Source: Candidatus Saccharimonadia bacterium (lineage in GTDB: Bacteria > Patescibacteriota > Saccharimonadia > UBA4664). From it: a DNA stretch of 64,000 nucleotides. The stretch is from the NCBI GenBank assembly GCA_041743505.1, contig JBGTMQ010000019.1:70147-134146 (forward strand), in the 5' to 3' direction. Made by a program: the position numbers and the translations under genes. How positions within the stretch are numbered: the stretch's first letter is position 1; every line of letters starts with the position of its first letter. The notes beneath the pieces are model-generated. The model ran no database searches. It was not told where the DNA came from and saw nothing but the letters and a program-made list of their open reading frames with translations. Of the stretch, positions 47,832 to 57,051 are shown one piece after another.

Positions 47832-48138
47832 CGGCAACGTTACCAGCCCCACCTTCACCCTCAGCCATGTCTATAAACTTGAATCAGGTCTAGAGTTGCA
47901 CCACTACGACCTCTACCGCCTTAACGAAGGGGGAGTAGTCGGCGATGAGCTGGAGGAGGATTTAAACGACAACCAGGTCATAACTATCATTGAATGGGCC
48001 GGCATTATGGACGCCCGTCTGCCCGCTGACCGGATGCGTATCCACATCGACACCACCGGCGAAACCGACCGCCGCCTCACCCTGCTTTCCGGCGGCCCGG
48101 TATCTGAGCAATTAATAAAGGAGTTGAAGAGCACATGA
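47671..48138 (+). CDS. tsaE: t6A biosynthesis ATPase TsaE
   Basis: DLGGGKTTF, VTSPTF, HYDLYRL and IIEW motifs. Confidence 0.95.
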   Translation: MTYEITTTNSEATQAVAAKLARLLKGGETIELASDLGGGKTTFTQGLAAALGYSGNVTSPTFTLSHVYKLESGLELHHYDLYRLNEGGVVGDELEEDLNDNQVITIIEWAGIMDARLPADRMRIHIDTTGETDRRLTLLSGGPVSEQLIKELKST

Positions 48139-48542
48139 TCCTTGCCCTCCAAACCGCCGACATGACAACGCGGCTCTGGCTCATCAATCCGTCAGATGCC
48201 ACGTCCGCAGCAATCGAGCCCGCCCTAACGTGGGACAGCGGCCGCCAGCTCTCGGACGGCCTGCTGGCCAAGATTACCAGCACATTGGATCGGGCTGGCG
48301 CCGCATTGGAGAACCTTTCGGGCATTATCATCTTCAGTGGGCCCGGCTCCTTCACGTCCCTGCGTATCGGTCATAGCGTCGCCAATGCCCTGGCCGATAG
48401 TCTGGATATCCCAGTGATTGGAGTCGTCGGCCAGGACTGGATCCAAACTGGTCTCCATCAACTAAAAGTAGCCAAGCCTGGCCATCCGGTGCTGCCGCAT
48501 TATGGCTCTGAGGCGCACATCACAAAGCCTAAGGTTGACTAG
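48135..48542 (+). CDS. tsaB: t6A biosynthesis protein TsaB (short form)
   Basis: GPGSFTSLRIG motif; ATGA overlap with tsaE. Confidence 0.9.
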   Translation: MILALQTADMTTRLWLINPSDATSAAIEPALTWDSGRQLSDGLLAKITSTLDRAGAALENLSGIIIFSGPGSFTSLRIGHSVANALADSLDIPVIGVVGQDWIQTGLHQLKVAKPGHPVLPHYGSEAHITKPKVD

Positions 48543-48662
48543 CAAACTAAACTCACGTTTAATATAGAAGCGATACCTTATTATCTGATATTGGCCAATT
48601 TCGGTATTCTTAGCATCAGAAGCATCAGAACTTTCTAGATCCGCTTGGCCTTGGGCGACACA

Positions 48663-50180
48663 ATGTTTACTTTATCTATAATTGGAGCTGTGCTATTCGG
48701 TGGTGCGGCTGGCTATTCTTACAACTACATAATCGAAAAACGGCGGACTGGTGCCGCCGCCAACAAGGCCGAGGAGCTCCTAAAGGATGCAAACGCCAAG
48801 GTCAAAGAGATCACTCTGGAGGCCAAATCCGATGCTCTCAAGGTAGCTGAAGCGGCCAAGAAAGAAGAGACTGCCCGCCGGGCCGAACTAACGGTTACTG
48901 AGCGGCAATTGCTCCAGCGCCAGTCATCATTGGATCTAAAACTCGAAGAACTTGATCAGCGCCAGGAAAAGCTCCGCAAACATGAAGGTGAACTCGAAAC
49001 ACTCAAAGAAGATTTGCGGTCCATCCGCGCCAAACAACAGGACAACCTCGAAAAAATAGCCAAATTATCCCGCGACGAAGCCAAGGCCAAGCTTCTGCAG
49101 ATGACCGAGCGCGACATCCGCCAAGATCTGGTTAAGCTTGTGGAAAAACTCCAGAGCGAGGCCAAGGAAGAGGCTGAGGACCAGGCCAAGCTAATAATTG
49201 TCGGAGCTATGGAACGTATGGCCTCCGAGCAAACGGCTGAGCGCACCATCACTACTGTGCCGCTCCCCAGCGATGAGCTCAAGGGCCGGGTTATCGGCAA
49301 AGAAGGCCGCAACATCCAGTCACTAGAGCGGGCCACCGGCGTTGATGTCATTATCGATGAAACCCCCGGCGCCATTGTCTTATCCAGTTTTGATCCCATC
49401 CGCCGCCAGGTCGCCCGTGTCGCCCTCGAGAAACTCCTCTCAGACGGTCGCATCCACCCGGCCCGCATCGAAGAAGTCGTGGCCAAAGCCCGCACCGAAA
49501 TCGATAAACAAATCAAAGAGGCCGGCGAAAAGGCCCTCAAAGAAACCGGCGTTGTCGGCGTCCCGGTTGAGATGGTCCAGCTTCTCGGCGCCCTCAAGTT
49601 CCGCACCTCGTTCTCGCAAAACGTCCTCAAACACTCAGTCGAAATGTCGCATCTGGCCGGCATGATCGCCAAAGAAATCGGCGCCGACGTCCGCATTGCC
49701 AAAACTGCCGCCTTGCTCCATGACGTCGGCAAAGCCGTCGGCCATGAGATCGAAGGTGGCCACCACCACATCGGCGCTGACCTGGCCGCCAAGTATGGCA
49801 TGGACGAAACCATCGTGCATGCCATCAAGGCCCACCACGACGACGTCGAGGCCACCACGCCTGAGGCCCTCGTCGTGCGCGTCGTCGATGCCCTCTCAGC
49901 CGGCCGGCCTGGCGCCCGCGGCGATACCTTGGAAAACTACGCCAAACGCATGACCGAGCTCGAGAATCTGGCCAACACCTTCCCAGGCGTCAGCAAGTGC
50001 TATGCCATCTCAGCCGGCCGCGAGCTTCGCATTATCGTCGAACCCGAGCGTGTCGATGACCTGCTAGCCATTAAAATGGCCCGCGACATTGCCACCAAGG
50101 TTGAAGCCACCCTCAAATATCCCGGCGTCATCAAGGTCAACGTCATCCGCGAAACCCGCGCTATCGAATTCGCTAAGTAA
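48663..50180 (+). CDS. rny: Ribonuclease Y
   Basis: TM, coiled coil, KH (KGRVIGKEGRNI) and HD (LLHDVGK) domains; ends VIRETRA. Confidence 0.98.
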   Translation: MFTLSIIGAVLFGGAAGYSYNYIIEKRRTGAAANKAEELLKDANAKVKEITLEAKSDALKVAEAAKKEETARRAELTVTERQLLQRQSSLDLKLEELDQRQEKLRKHEGELETLKEDLRSIRAKQQDNLEKIAKLSRDEAKAKLLQMTERDIRQDLVKLVEKLQSEAKEEAEDQAKLIIVGAMERMASEQTAERTITTVPLPSDELKGRVIGKEGRNIQSLERATGVDVIIDETPGAIVLSSFDPIRRQVARVALEKLLSDGRIHPARIEEVVAKARTEIDKQIKEAGEKALKETGVVGVPVEMVQLLGALKFRTSFSQNVLKHSVEMSHLAGMIAKEIGADVRIAKTAALLHDVGKAVGHEIEGGHHHIGADLAAKYGMDETIVHAIKAHHDDVEATTPEALVVRVVDALSAGRPGARGDTLENYAKRMTELENLANTFPGVSKCYAISAGRELRIIVEPERVDDLLAIKMARDIATKVEATLKYPGVIKVNVIRETRAIEFAK

Positions 50181-50200
50181 TTAAGCCCACAACCGTTAAT

Positions 50201-50689
50201 ATGCCAAGCTCTAATACAATCATCCGACCTGCCACAAACAAAGATTTCACCAGCGTTCAACAACTCAACGCAGAATTATTCAGATTCGAAGACGGTCTAA
50301 GTGGCCACGATCACTCACGCAATCTTGACTGGCCTAACACCGACTTTGCAATCAAATACTTCCAAAAATGCTGTGCCACCGAAGGAGGGTATGCCGCTTT
50401 CATCGCCGAGTGTAACAGTCAGATCATTGGTTACCTGGCTTCCGCCATCTCTACCAAACTTTACCTCGCCACCAACCCCATTGCTGAAATTGAAAACATG
50501 TTTATCAAGGAGGCCTACCGCCAGCAAGGCATCGGCTCTCAGCTTGTGGCTGCTTTCAAGGACTGGGCTACCGATCAAGGCGCCCACCGCCTCAAGGTTG
50601 GTGCTTTTGCCTACAATCACTCAGCTCTCAACTTTTACCGAAAACACGGATTCACTGACTTTGAAGTCATTTTAGAACAGCCGCTTTAG
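50201..50689 (+). CDS. GNAT acetyltransferase
   Basis: YRQQGIGSQL and N.SALNFYRKHGF motifs. Confidence 0.9.
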   Translation: MPSSNTIIRPATNKDFTSVQQLNAELFRFEDGLSGHDHSRNLDWPNTDFAIKYFQKCCATEGGYAAFIAECNSQIIGYLASAISTKLYLATNPIAEIENMFIKEAYRQQGIGSQLVAAFKDWATDQGAHRLKVGAFAYNHSALNFYRKHGFTDFEVILEQPL

Positions 50690-50792
50690 TCGCCCTCGCT
50701 ACTCAATATCAGTAAAAATTGAACTAGCATCTACGCTATCAGATTTAAAAACAGGCCAGCAACGAACTTTCGTTCATCACTGACCCGGTCGA

Positions 50793-52211
50793 TCAACATT
50801 GTGGGGCGGTGTGCACCAGATTCATGTCATAGCTCCAGCTATCCTTTAGCTGGTTGTAAGCATGAAACTGGCTGTCTCTGTCTGTTTGATCAGTCGCCTC
50901 AGTCCAGAATGGGGCCGCAAAGAAGTCGCCTTCAAACCACATATCCTGACCGGACGGGTCTTTGTACTGACCTTCGATGCGCCACTCGCCACCCACATTC
51001 TGGGTCCAATGCATCCATGCTGGAGATGGAACCTGAATCTGATCAACCGAATTGAACTGACGAGCGTAGAACAACACATAGCTATGGTTGTCCGGCCTGA
51101 CGAACGTCCGGTAATCCGATCCCCCTAGCCAGCACGCATCCGGTACATCCACAGGCGGTGGTGGAGGTGCAGCTTGCGTTACCGGCTCCGGGTGCGTCAC
51201 CTGTCTCGGCTGAACCTGCTGTACTGGACCCGGAATTGGCTGGGCCTTAACTTCAGGCTGTGTGTCGGTCGGAGCAACAATCGATTCAGGCTGAATGTTA
51301 GCACCTAGTGGTGCTGTTGTGCTGCTTTGCTCATCGTGTGATGGCGCAGCCGGACCCGGTAGAAAAGGCCGGATAAACTCAGCCGCTTTCTTAGTTAATC
51401 CATTTGACTTGTAGTTCGTGTGTTCAGCAAACAGAGAAGTAGTAATATGGGACTGGCATATCGGATCCGGGACATTACAATAATTACCCGTCCTATCTCG
51501 AACCCCTGAGGGAATCAAAACATTGACTAGGTCGAATCCGTAAGCTGAACCATTGCGGGTAGCTGTCATCTTGTTTACTCGGTTTATATCCAAGCCCGAT
51601 GAAAAGAGCGGATCACCAAACAAAGCGACCCCTGCAATCTCCTCTAGCCGATCTGGGCTTAACCGGTTTAATGCCTTGTGAATCAACCACGTCCCTTGCG
51701 AGTAACCTACAAGTACAAATCTTGTATGGTGCTCACACTGAGCGTCTACTAAACCAATCTCTTGAGCCATCCACCCGGCCCCCGCGTTAACGTTGGCTGC
51801 ATATGCGCTTGGTGTACTTAGCAACAGAGCTGGTTTCGTCTCGCCAAACACCGGTTGTGCGGCGTACTGAACCCCTTCATAGGCGATACGAAGTTGCGGC
51901 GCTGATGCTGCCAAATTCTGGTAGACATCGTAGCTTATGCTTCCCATGCCGTTGAACTGGTCATTCGCATATGCGGACGAGTCAACAGCATCATCACCCT
52001 GGGGGGCTTCACCTGAACCGCGAGCACCAATGACAAGGACATCCGGGCAAGGTTCTCCCTGCCATTTACCTTCCTTATCTTTGTGCCCAACCCCAACTTG
52101 AGCATTAACAGCTGAGCTAGTGAGTACTGACATTCCTGTAAAAAGCACCAGCATGGCTAATACGCACGCAAATACCCCTGATCTGCGCTTACCCATCACT
52201 GTGACCCCCAT
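50793..52211 (-). CDS. Secreted cutinase-family (CE5) hydrolase with Pro-rich linker and C-terminal domain
   Basis: Signal peptide; CPDV.VIGARGSGE, GYSQG, LFGDP, YC...DPIC and H..Y motifs; TTGACA-17-TATAGT upstream. Confidence 0.88.
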   Translation of the reverse strand: MGVTVMGKRRSGVFACVLAMLVLFTGMSVLTSSAVNAQVGVGHKDKEGKWQGEPCPDVLVIGARGSGEAPQGDDAVDSSAYANDQFNGMGSISYDVYQNLAASAPQLRIAYEGVQYAAQPVFGETKPALLLSTPSAYAANVNAGAGWMAQEIGLVDAQCEHHTRFVLVGYSQGTWLIHKALNRLSPDRLEEIAGVALFGDPLFSSGLDINRVNKMTATRNGSAYGFDLVNVLIPSGVRDRTGNYCNVPDPICQSHITTSLFAEHTNYKSNGLTKKAAEFIRPFLPGPAAPSHDEQSSTTAPLGANIQPESIVAPTDTQPEVKAQPIPGPVQQVQPRQVTHPEPVTQAAPPPPPVDVPDACWLGGSDYRTFVRPDNHSYVLFYARQFNSVDQIQVPSPAWMHWTQNVGGEWRIEGQYKDPSGQDMWFEGDFFAAPFWTEATDQTDRDSQFHAYNQLKDSWSYDMNLVHTAPQC

Positions 52212-52446
52212 CTATGTCGAAGAACTAGGTAAACTTACCTACGGACATACACTATACATATAATATCATTCAATGTCAATCGCGAGAGATCGGGAAAGCT
52301 TGAAATGAATGGAAATAACTAACCCCGATTTGGCCACAAGCTTTAATAGGGAAAAAGCCTATTACAACGAGCTAACACAATCATGGCCTCACTCTGGGTC
52401 TGAGCTAGATAGGCAAGTCATGCAAATTGGCAACCAAAGAGGCGCC

Positions 52447-52776
52447 CTATGGATGAGTAATCAAATATCCGCATATAATGATAGCCGGTACAGCGTAGCC
52501 ATATACTGAGAGGTTCTTAGCGTTTGGCCGCTTACTGATAGCCAAGCTAAAAAGACCGCCGACGATTGCTACTAGTGGTGCCTCGATCACATATGCCCCA
52601 AAGAGCGCTAGACCAATTGCTTCATTACCATATGGGACGTTGTATTTGGCTGAGTAATAATGGGCCAATATCGTGGTCACCATAATCGGACTGAGAATAA
52701 AGAATAATTTCGCGAGCATTCGAGGCCAGCCATCGGCTGGAGTCAAAATGTAGCTCCATTTACTGTGTTCAGACAT
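52447..52776 (-). CDS. Small three-TM membrane protein
   Basis: Hydrophobic ORF, AGGAG upstream, AT-rich. Confidence 0.55.
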   Translation of the reverse strand: MSEHSKWSYILTPADGWPRMLAKLFFILSPIMVTTILAHYYSAKYNVPYGNEAIGLALFGAYVIEAPLVAIVGGLFSLAISKRPNAKNLSVYGYAVPAIIICGYLITHP

Positions 52777-53230
52777 TCCAAATTTTCTCCTGAGTAGCTC
52801 ATTGCACGAAGTTTCACATAGCTGGGTGACCGATAGTACATATTACGAGACACTGATGGTGACTCAAACGATCTTTCGGGGTAAATTGTACGTAATAATG
52901 TTGAGTCTGTCAAGGCTAAGTGGTAATTCGCCACTCACGAGGTTACCGCAGCACAATTTTATTCCACCCACTATATAACAAGATTACATAGTGAGATACA
53001 TTCGAGCGTAGCAAAATACCTTTACCAAGGCATAAAAATTTGCTATATGTAATATCGTTATATAGTGAAGCAAGATGTTTTATATAATCCGCCACAAACT
53101 TAACTAAAGACCTGCCTCAATTACCCAAAATTGCACCCGCAAGACCCGGGGCCGAGCGCAGTAATCAAGCCTTAAGCATTGACCGTCCATACCCCAATCA
53201 CCATACTCTAGAGCAGGAATTAACTTCGCT

Positions 53231-54025
53231 ATGAACATACTTTATCTCGGCGATATCATGGGCAAAGCCGGCCGCGAAACCGTCACCCAGCTACTACCCG
53301 AGCTCAAAACCAAACACAAAGTCGACTTTGTCATCGCCCAGGGCGAAAACCTCAGCCACGGCAAGGGCATGCAAATCAACCACACCGAGGCCATGCTGGA
53401 GGCCGGCGTCGACTTCTTCACCGGCGGCAACTGGACCCTACACCGCCCGGCCATCGTCCCGTGGCTTGAAGACCCCCACAAGCCCGTCATCCGCCCCGCC
53501 AATTACAAAGCCGGCACCCCCGGCCGCGGCTGGAAGGTCGCCGACACGCCGTTCGGCAAAATCCAAGTCATCACCTTGCTCGGCCAAATCGTCGGTGCCT
53601 TCCCAGCCGATATCGACAACCCGCTCCACACCGTAGACGCTATCCTCGAGGAAACCAAAAACGAGCACTACGCTGCCCGCATTGTAAATTTCCATGGCGA
53701 CTACTCCAGCGAGAAACTAGTCATTGGCCAATACCTCGACGGCCGGGTCACCGCCGTCATCGGCGACCACTGGCATATCCCCACCGCCGATGCAAAAGTC
53801 TTTCCGCATGGCACAGCCCACATCACCGATGTTGGTATGGTCGGGTCGTATGACTCATGTTTAGGAGTTGAAACTGATGTTATAGTTAAACGCTGGCTTT
53901 CAGGCCTACCTAGCCGTAATGAGCTCGAATCAGATGGCAAGATGTGGCTTTGCGCGATTCTCATTAGCGTAAATGTCGAAAATAGCCAAGCCAAAAGCAT
54001 AAAACAAATTATCGTCTTTTCATAA
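53231..54025 (+). CDS. ymdB: YmdB-family metallophosphoesterase
   Basis: LGDIMG..GR, QGEN, TGGN, RPANY and ITDVGMVG motifs. Confidence 0.9.
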   Translation: MNILYLGDIMGKAGRETVTQLLPELKTKHKVDFVIAQGENLSHGKGMQINHTEAMLEAGVDFFTGGNWTLHRPAIVPWLEDPHKPVIRPANYKAGTPGRGWKVADTPFGKIQVITLLGQIVGAFPADIDNPLHTVDAILEETKNEHYAARIVNFHGDYSSEKLVIGQYLDGRVTAVIGDHWHIPTADAKVFPHGTAHITDVGMVGSYDSCLGVETDVIVKRWLSGLPSRNELESDGKMWLCAILISVNVENSQAKSIKQIIVFS

Positions 54026-54086
54026 ATTTACCCTTTACCTATCCAAAGCCGATAGGTACCATAGGGTGTGTAATCTGGAGTATTGG

Positions 54087-54359
54087 ATGACAAAGCAACA
54101 GCTAATTGAGACATTGGCGTCCGAAACGAACACCACTAAGCGTCAGGTTGAGCAACTTCTCACCACCTTCGTTGGCATCGTTGAGCGAACCGTCGCTAAG
54201 GGTGAAAAAGTATCAATTACCGGTTTCGGTACCTTTGACCTCGGTAAGCGGGCAGCCCGCCGCGGTGTTAATCCTCAAACCGGCGCGGAGATTCACATCC
54301 CCGAGATGGCCATGCCTCGCTTCCGTGCTGGTAAGCGCCTCAAAGAAACTATTCGCTAA
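54087..54359 (+). CDS. hup: Histone-like protein HU
   Basis: GFGTF, R.ARRGVNPQTG and P.FRAGK.LK motifs. Confidence 0.96.
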   Translation: MTKQQLIETLASETNTTKRQVEQLLTTFVGIVERTVAKGEKVSITGFGTFDLGKRAARRGVNPQTGAEIHIPEMAMPRFRAGKRLKETIR

Positions 54360-54383
54360 ACCGATCGTATCAGTTTGTTACTA

Positions 54384-54414
54384 AAAAGAACCCACCTTAT
54401 GAACGGGTTCTTTT
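54384..54414 (+). terminator. Terminator after hup
   Basis: AAAAGAACCC...GGGTTCTTTT. Confidence 0.7.
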
Positions 54415-54451
54415 AGTTGGACAGCTGCCCGGGTTAGCTATTCTGTCGCTA

Positions 54452-54589
54452 TTAAGCCACCCTTGGAAGAAGATGAAGTGCAGTAATGCTCTGCCCGTCA
54501 TTAATTTCACCGCGCTCAATCATTGACTCAACCTTCGGCAATGATATAAATTTTGCGTCACTAATAGTGGCTCCTGCAATTACAGACCT
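54452..54589 (-). pseudogene. 3' remnant of a NudF-like NUDIX gene
   Basis: Frame reads ISDAKFISLPKVESMIERGEINDGQSITAL, like NudF C-termini; no Nudix box or 5' part. Confidence 0.5.
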
Positions 54590-54590
54590 T

Positions 54591-55214
54591 CTAATGGCTG
54601 GTTACGGATAACACTGCTTTTATATCATTATCATGTTTACTAACCCGGATCCATGGGTACCCATACTTTTTAGTCTCAGTCTCAAGACACCGGCCAAACA
54701 GCCGCACCCACTCCACCTCTTTCTCTTTCACGCTATCCAGATAGCTCTCCGCCTTGCCCCAAAGACCACGTTCATAAACAACCCTCCGCAACCGGTCTTC
54801 GTCATGGTCCACCAGAAATACCGGCTTAATATGACCGTTATTTCCAAAATCCCTCGCAATCAAACGAGGTAGGAGGTGAACACCCTCGACAATAAAACCC
54901 TCCGGCCATATCGGCCATTCATAGTCGTTCTCAATGAACGCCTTAATTCCAAGCCATACTGCTTCGTTATGTTTCAGTACCTTCTCAACAATCTCCTCAG
55001 CCGTAAATTCGGTCAGAAATCGCTCAGCAGTATAACCCTGAGGCTTAAATATGTCAGGAAAATCGTCCCTACGAGCCGTAACCTGCATCATATCGCCAAT
55101 TTGGTCCGTCGATATCCACGGCAGCCCCAATTGCTTTGCCAGCGCTCTTGCCACAGTAGTTTTACCAGTCGTCGGCGAGCCACCGATGAGGATGATAGTT
55201 TTGTCCTGCTTCAT
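54591..55214 (-). CDS. P-loop kinase (2-phosphoglycerate kinase-like)
   Basis: LIGGSPTTGKTT, ISTD and IVEGVH motifs. Confidence 0.8.
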   Translation of the reverse strand: MKQDKTIILIGGSPTTGKTTVARALAKQLGLPWISTDQIGDMMQVTARRDDFPDIFKPQGYTAERFLTEFTAEEIVEKVLKHNEAVWLGIKAFIENDYEWPIWPEGFIVEGVHLLPRLIARDFGNNGHIKPVFLVDHDEDRLRRVVYERGLWGKAESYLDSVKEKEVEWVRLFGRCLETETKKYGYPWIRVSKHDNDIKAVLSVTSH

Positions 55215-55462
55215 CGGAACCGGTTCTGAGCCTTAATCACCAAAATGATTAATCCAAGCCCAAAAACAACCGCATTAGTCACCCAAATTGCCGGTAACCC
55301 GCCCACCAAGCCATAAACCACCCACAGAAGCGCCGACACGTTCAACAACATAAGCGTCAAAAGCGATAAATCCCGGGTTTTCCGGGTAATTACCGTTTTG
55401 TATGCTTGTGGAACATAAGTCGAAAGGGTAAGAACCCCGGCAATAACGCCGACTACTTCCAT
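55211..55462 (-). CDS. SemiSWEET/PQ-loop transporter
   Basis: VPQ, TRDLS, LWVVYG and TN motifs; three TM helices. Confidence 0.88.
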   Translation of the reverse strand: MEVVGVIAGVLTLSTYVPQAYKTVITRKTRDLSLLTLMLLNVSALLWVVYGLVGGLPAIWVTNAVVFGLGLIILVIKAQNRFR

Positions 55463-55486
55463 CGCTGACCGCCGTGACCGGTCAAA

Positions 55487-55627
55487 TTAGCCACCAAACA
55501 ACCGGGCTATAGCATCAAACAAGCTATTGAACAGATTTTGCAATGCCGTCAAAAAAGCCTGCAACAAGCTAAAAACAGCGTTAACAAAATCCATGATCGG
55601 CCTCAGAATCGAGTCTACTACATCCAT
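55487..55627 (-). CDS. 46-aa amphipathic helical peptide (not in ORF track)
   Basis: MDVVDSILRPIMDFVNAVFSLLQAFLTALQNLFNSLFDAIARLFGG; TATAAT 6 nt before ATG; fills the gap between co-oriented genes. Confidence 0.7.
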   Translation of the reverse strand: MDVVDSILRPIMDFVNAVFSLLQAFLTALQNLFNSLFDAIARLFGG

Positions 55628-55664
55628 ATCTCTATTATAGCTTCTCTCCCGCCTGCTTACACGC

Positions 55665-56363
55665 CTACTTTTGCTTCATAATGTCATCGGACTTTAGCCC
55701 GGTAAGTTTCTCGATGCGCAGTAAAAGATATGAAATAACCACCACGATCCCCACCATCAGCGGCAACGCGATTGCCGGCAAGCTTACCAGCCTCAGGTGT
55801 GCATATTCCTGGTTGAAAGCGTCAGAGCCAGTTGGGCTTTGGATAATAATGTGAGTCAAAATATAGCTCGCCACCGCAATAGCCGCAAAAATTCCGCATA
55901 ACGCATAAGCTGCGTTGGTAGCCGTTTGCTCAACTTTCTTCAACGTTCCTTTCTCCCTGGCGGCTTCGCTCACGACGTTCATGTCAAAAATTCTTTTCAG
56001 CAGCGCATTAACCACCGGGCGTTTAATCAGTTGCCCAACCAAAATCACCACCACAATAAACACGTACGGCACACTCCGCCGGATAGCCAGCCAATTCTCG
56101 TCCAGATTAAACAAACCAATCGCGCCCGTCACCAGCAAGCCGCCAATCACCGCCAGCGATACCATACTAACTTTCCGGCGGCGCCATATGCTGTATATCT
56201 CAAACCCAACCGGAAACGCCAATGCCAGCAAAAACGCCTTAGTGGCACCGAGCTCGGACTCTGCGCTAAAACGGGTCAGAATAAATATCGGAATAATAAA
56301 ATTAACAAACAGCTGCAACAGAAAAGATGGTTTCCCGGAATTCGCTCGAGTATCTTTCGTCAT
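55665..56363 (-). CDS. VC0807-like membrane protein
   Basis: NFIIP..IL.RFS...LG....LLALAFP and FNQE motifs; multi-TM. Confidence 0.7.
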   Translation of the reverse strand: MTKDTRANSGKPSFLLQLFVNFIIPIFILTRFSAESELGATKAFLLALAFPVGFEIYSIWRRRKVSMVSLAVIGGLLVTGAIGLFNLDENWLAIRRSVPYVFIVVVILVGQLIKRPVVNALLKRIFDMNVVSEAAREKGTLKKVEQTATNAAYALCGIFAAIAVASYILTHIIIQSPTGSDAFNQEYAHLRLVSLPAIALPLMVGIVVVISYLLLRIEKLTGLKSDDIMKQK

Positions 56364-56968
56364 TTTTTCTCCAAGGGGTAAGTTCGAATTATCTCATACT
56401 GCAACAGTGGCTTTATGACATTCTTGATGAGTTTAAATTCTGTCACCTCTTCTTCAAATAATACGCTATGGCGCCTCACAACCTCTTGCACTTTCTCAAG
56501 CTCTGCTTCAGCCTCGTATCGCGCTATGGAGCTATGAACAATATCCGGTGGCGCGTTTGTCTCGGCTGGCAAGGGAAACCCCTCGAGCAGTTGCGTCCGG
56601 ATGGCATTAAAAACGCCCCCATCCTGCCCACGCACGATAATCGCCTGGGGGCTGGCTTGAACAGTATCAAACACAACTTTAATGGGCCTATGTATTGATA
56701 AAACGCCGGCTGGTACGTTCTCGTAGTCCGCTTTGTGCAGCCTATAAAGCGATTCTTTATCCTGGCTATACGGCTTGGTTTGGATTATTTCGAGGAGCGT
56801 AATATGCAACGATTCCGGCGGCATTGTCCACAACATACCCGGTAATTCTCTGGATAATTCATTAAGTAGGCTTACGATCCGCCTTTGTCCCGTCTGGCTA
56901 ATAAAAGCCACAATAGCGTAACCAGTAATTTCCGTTCCGGTATCAGTGGCAGGCAGGGTTTTTGTCAT
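56360..56968 (-). CDS. 2H phosphoesterase (2'-5' RNA ligase-like)
   Basis: Two HxT/S motifs: LHITL and VHSSIARY. Confidence 0.75.
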   Translation of the reverse strand: MTKTLPATDTGTEITGYAIVAFISQTGQRRIVSLLNELSRELPGMLWTMPPESLHITLLEIIQTKPYSQDKESLYRLHKADYENVPAGVLSIHRPIKVVFDTVQASPQAIIVRGQDGGVFNAIRTQLLEGFPLPAETNAPPDIVHSSIARYEAEAELEKVQEVVRRHSVLFEEEVTEFKLIKNVIKPLLQYEIIRTYPLEKK

Positions 56969-57051
56969 GGCTCAAAGTATATCAAACGACCCTCTTACCC
57001 GCCCCTCCATCCGCCTAGACCGCAGGCTTAAGCCGTGACACAATTCCCAAT

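Noticed and set aside
48543-48662. 6S RNA upstream of rny
   Set aside because: About 120 nt is too short and no long terminal stem is evident
52309-52509. 66-aa plus-strand ORF
   Set aside because: Overlaps the convergent membrane gene, has no RBS or motif; cannot be supported
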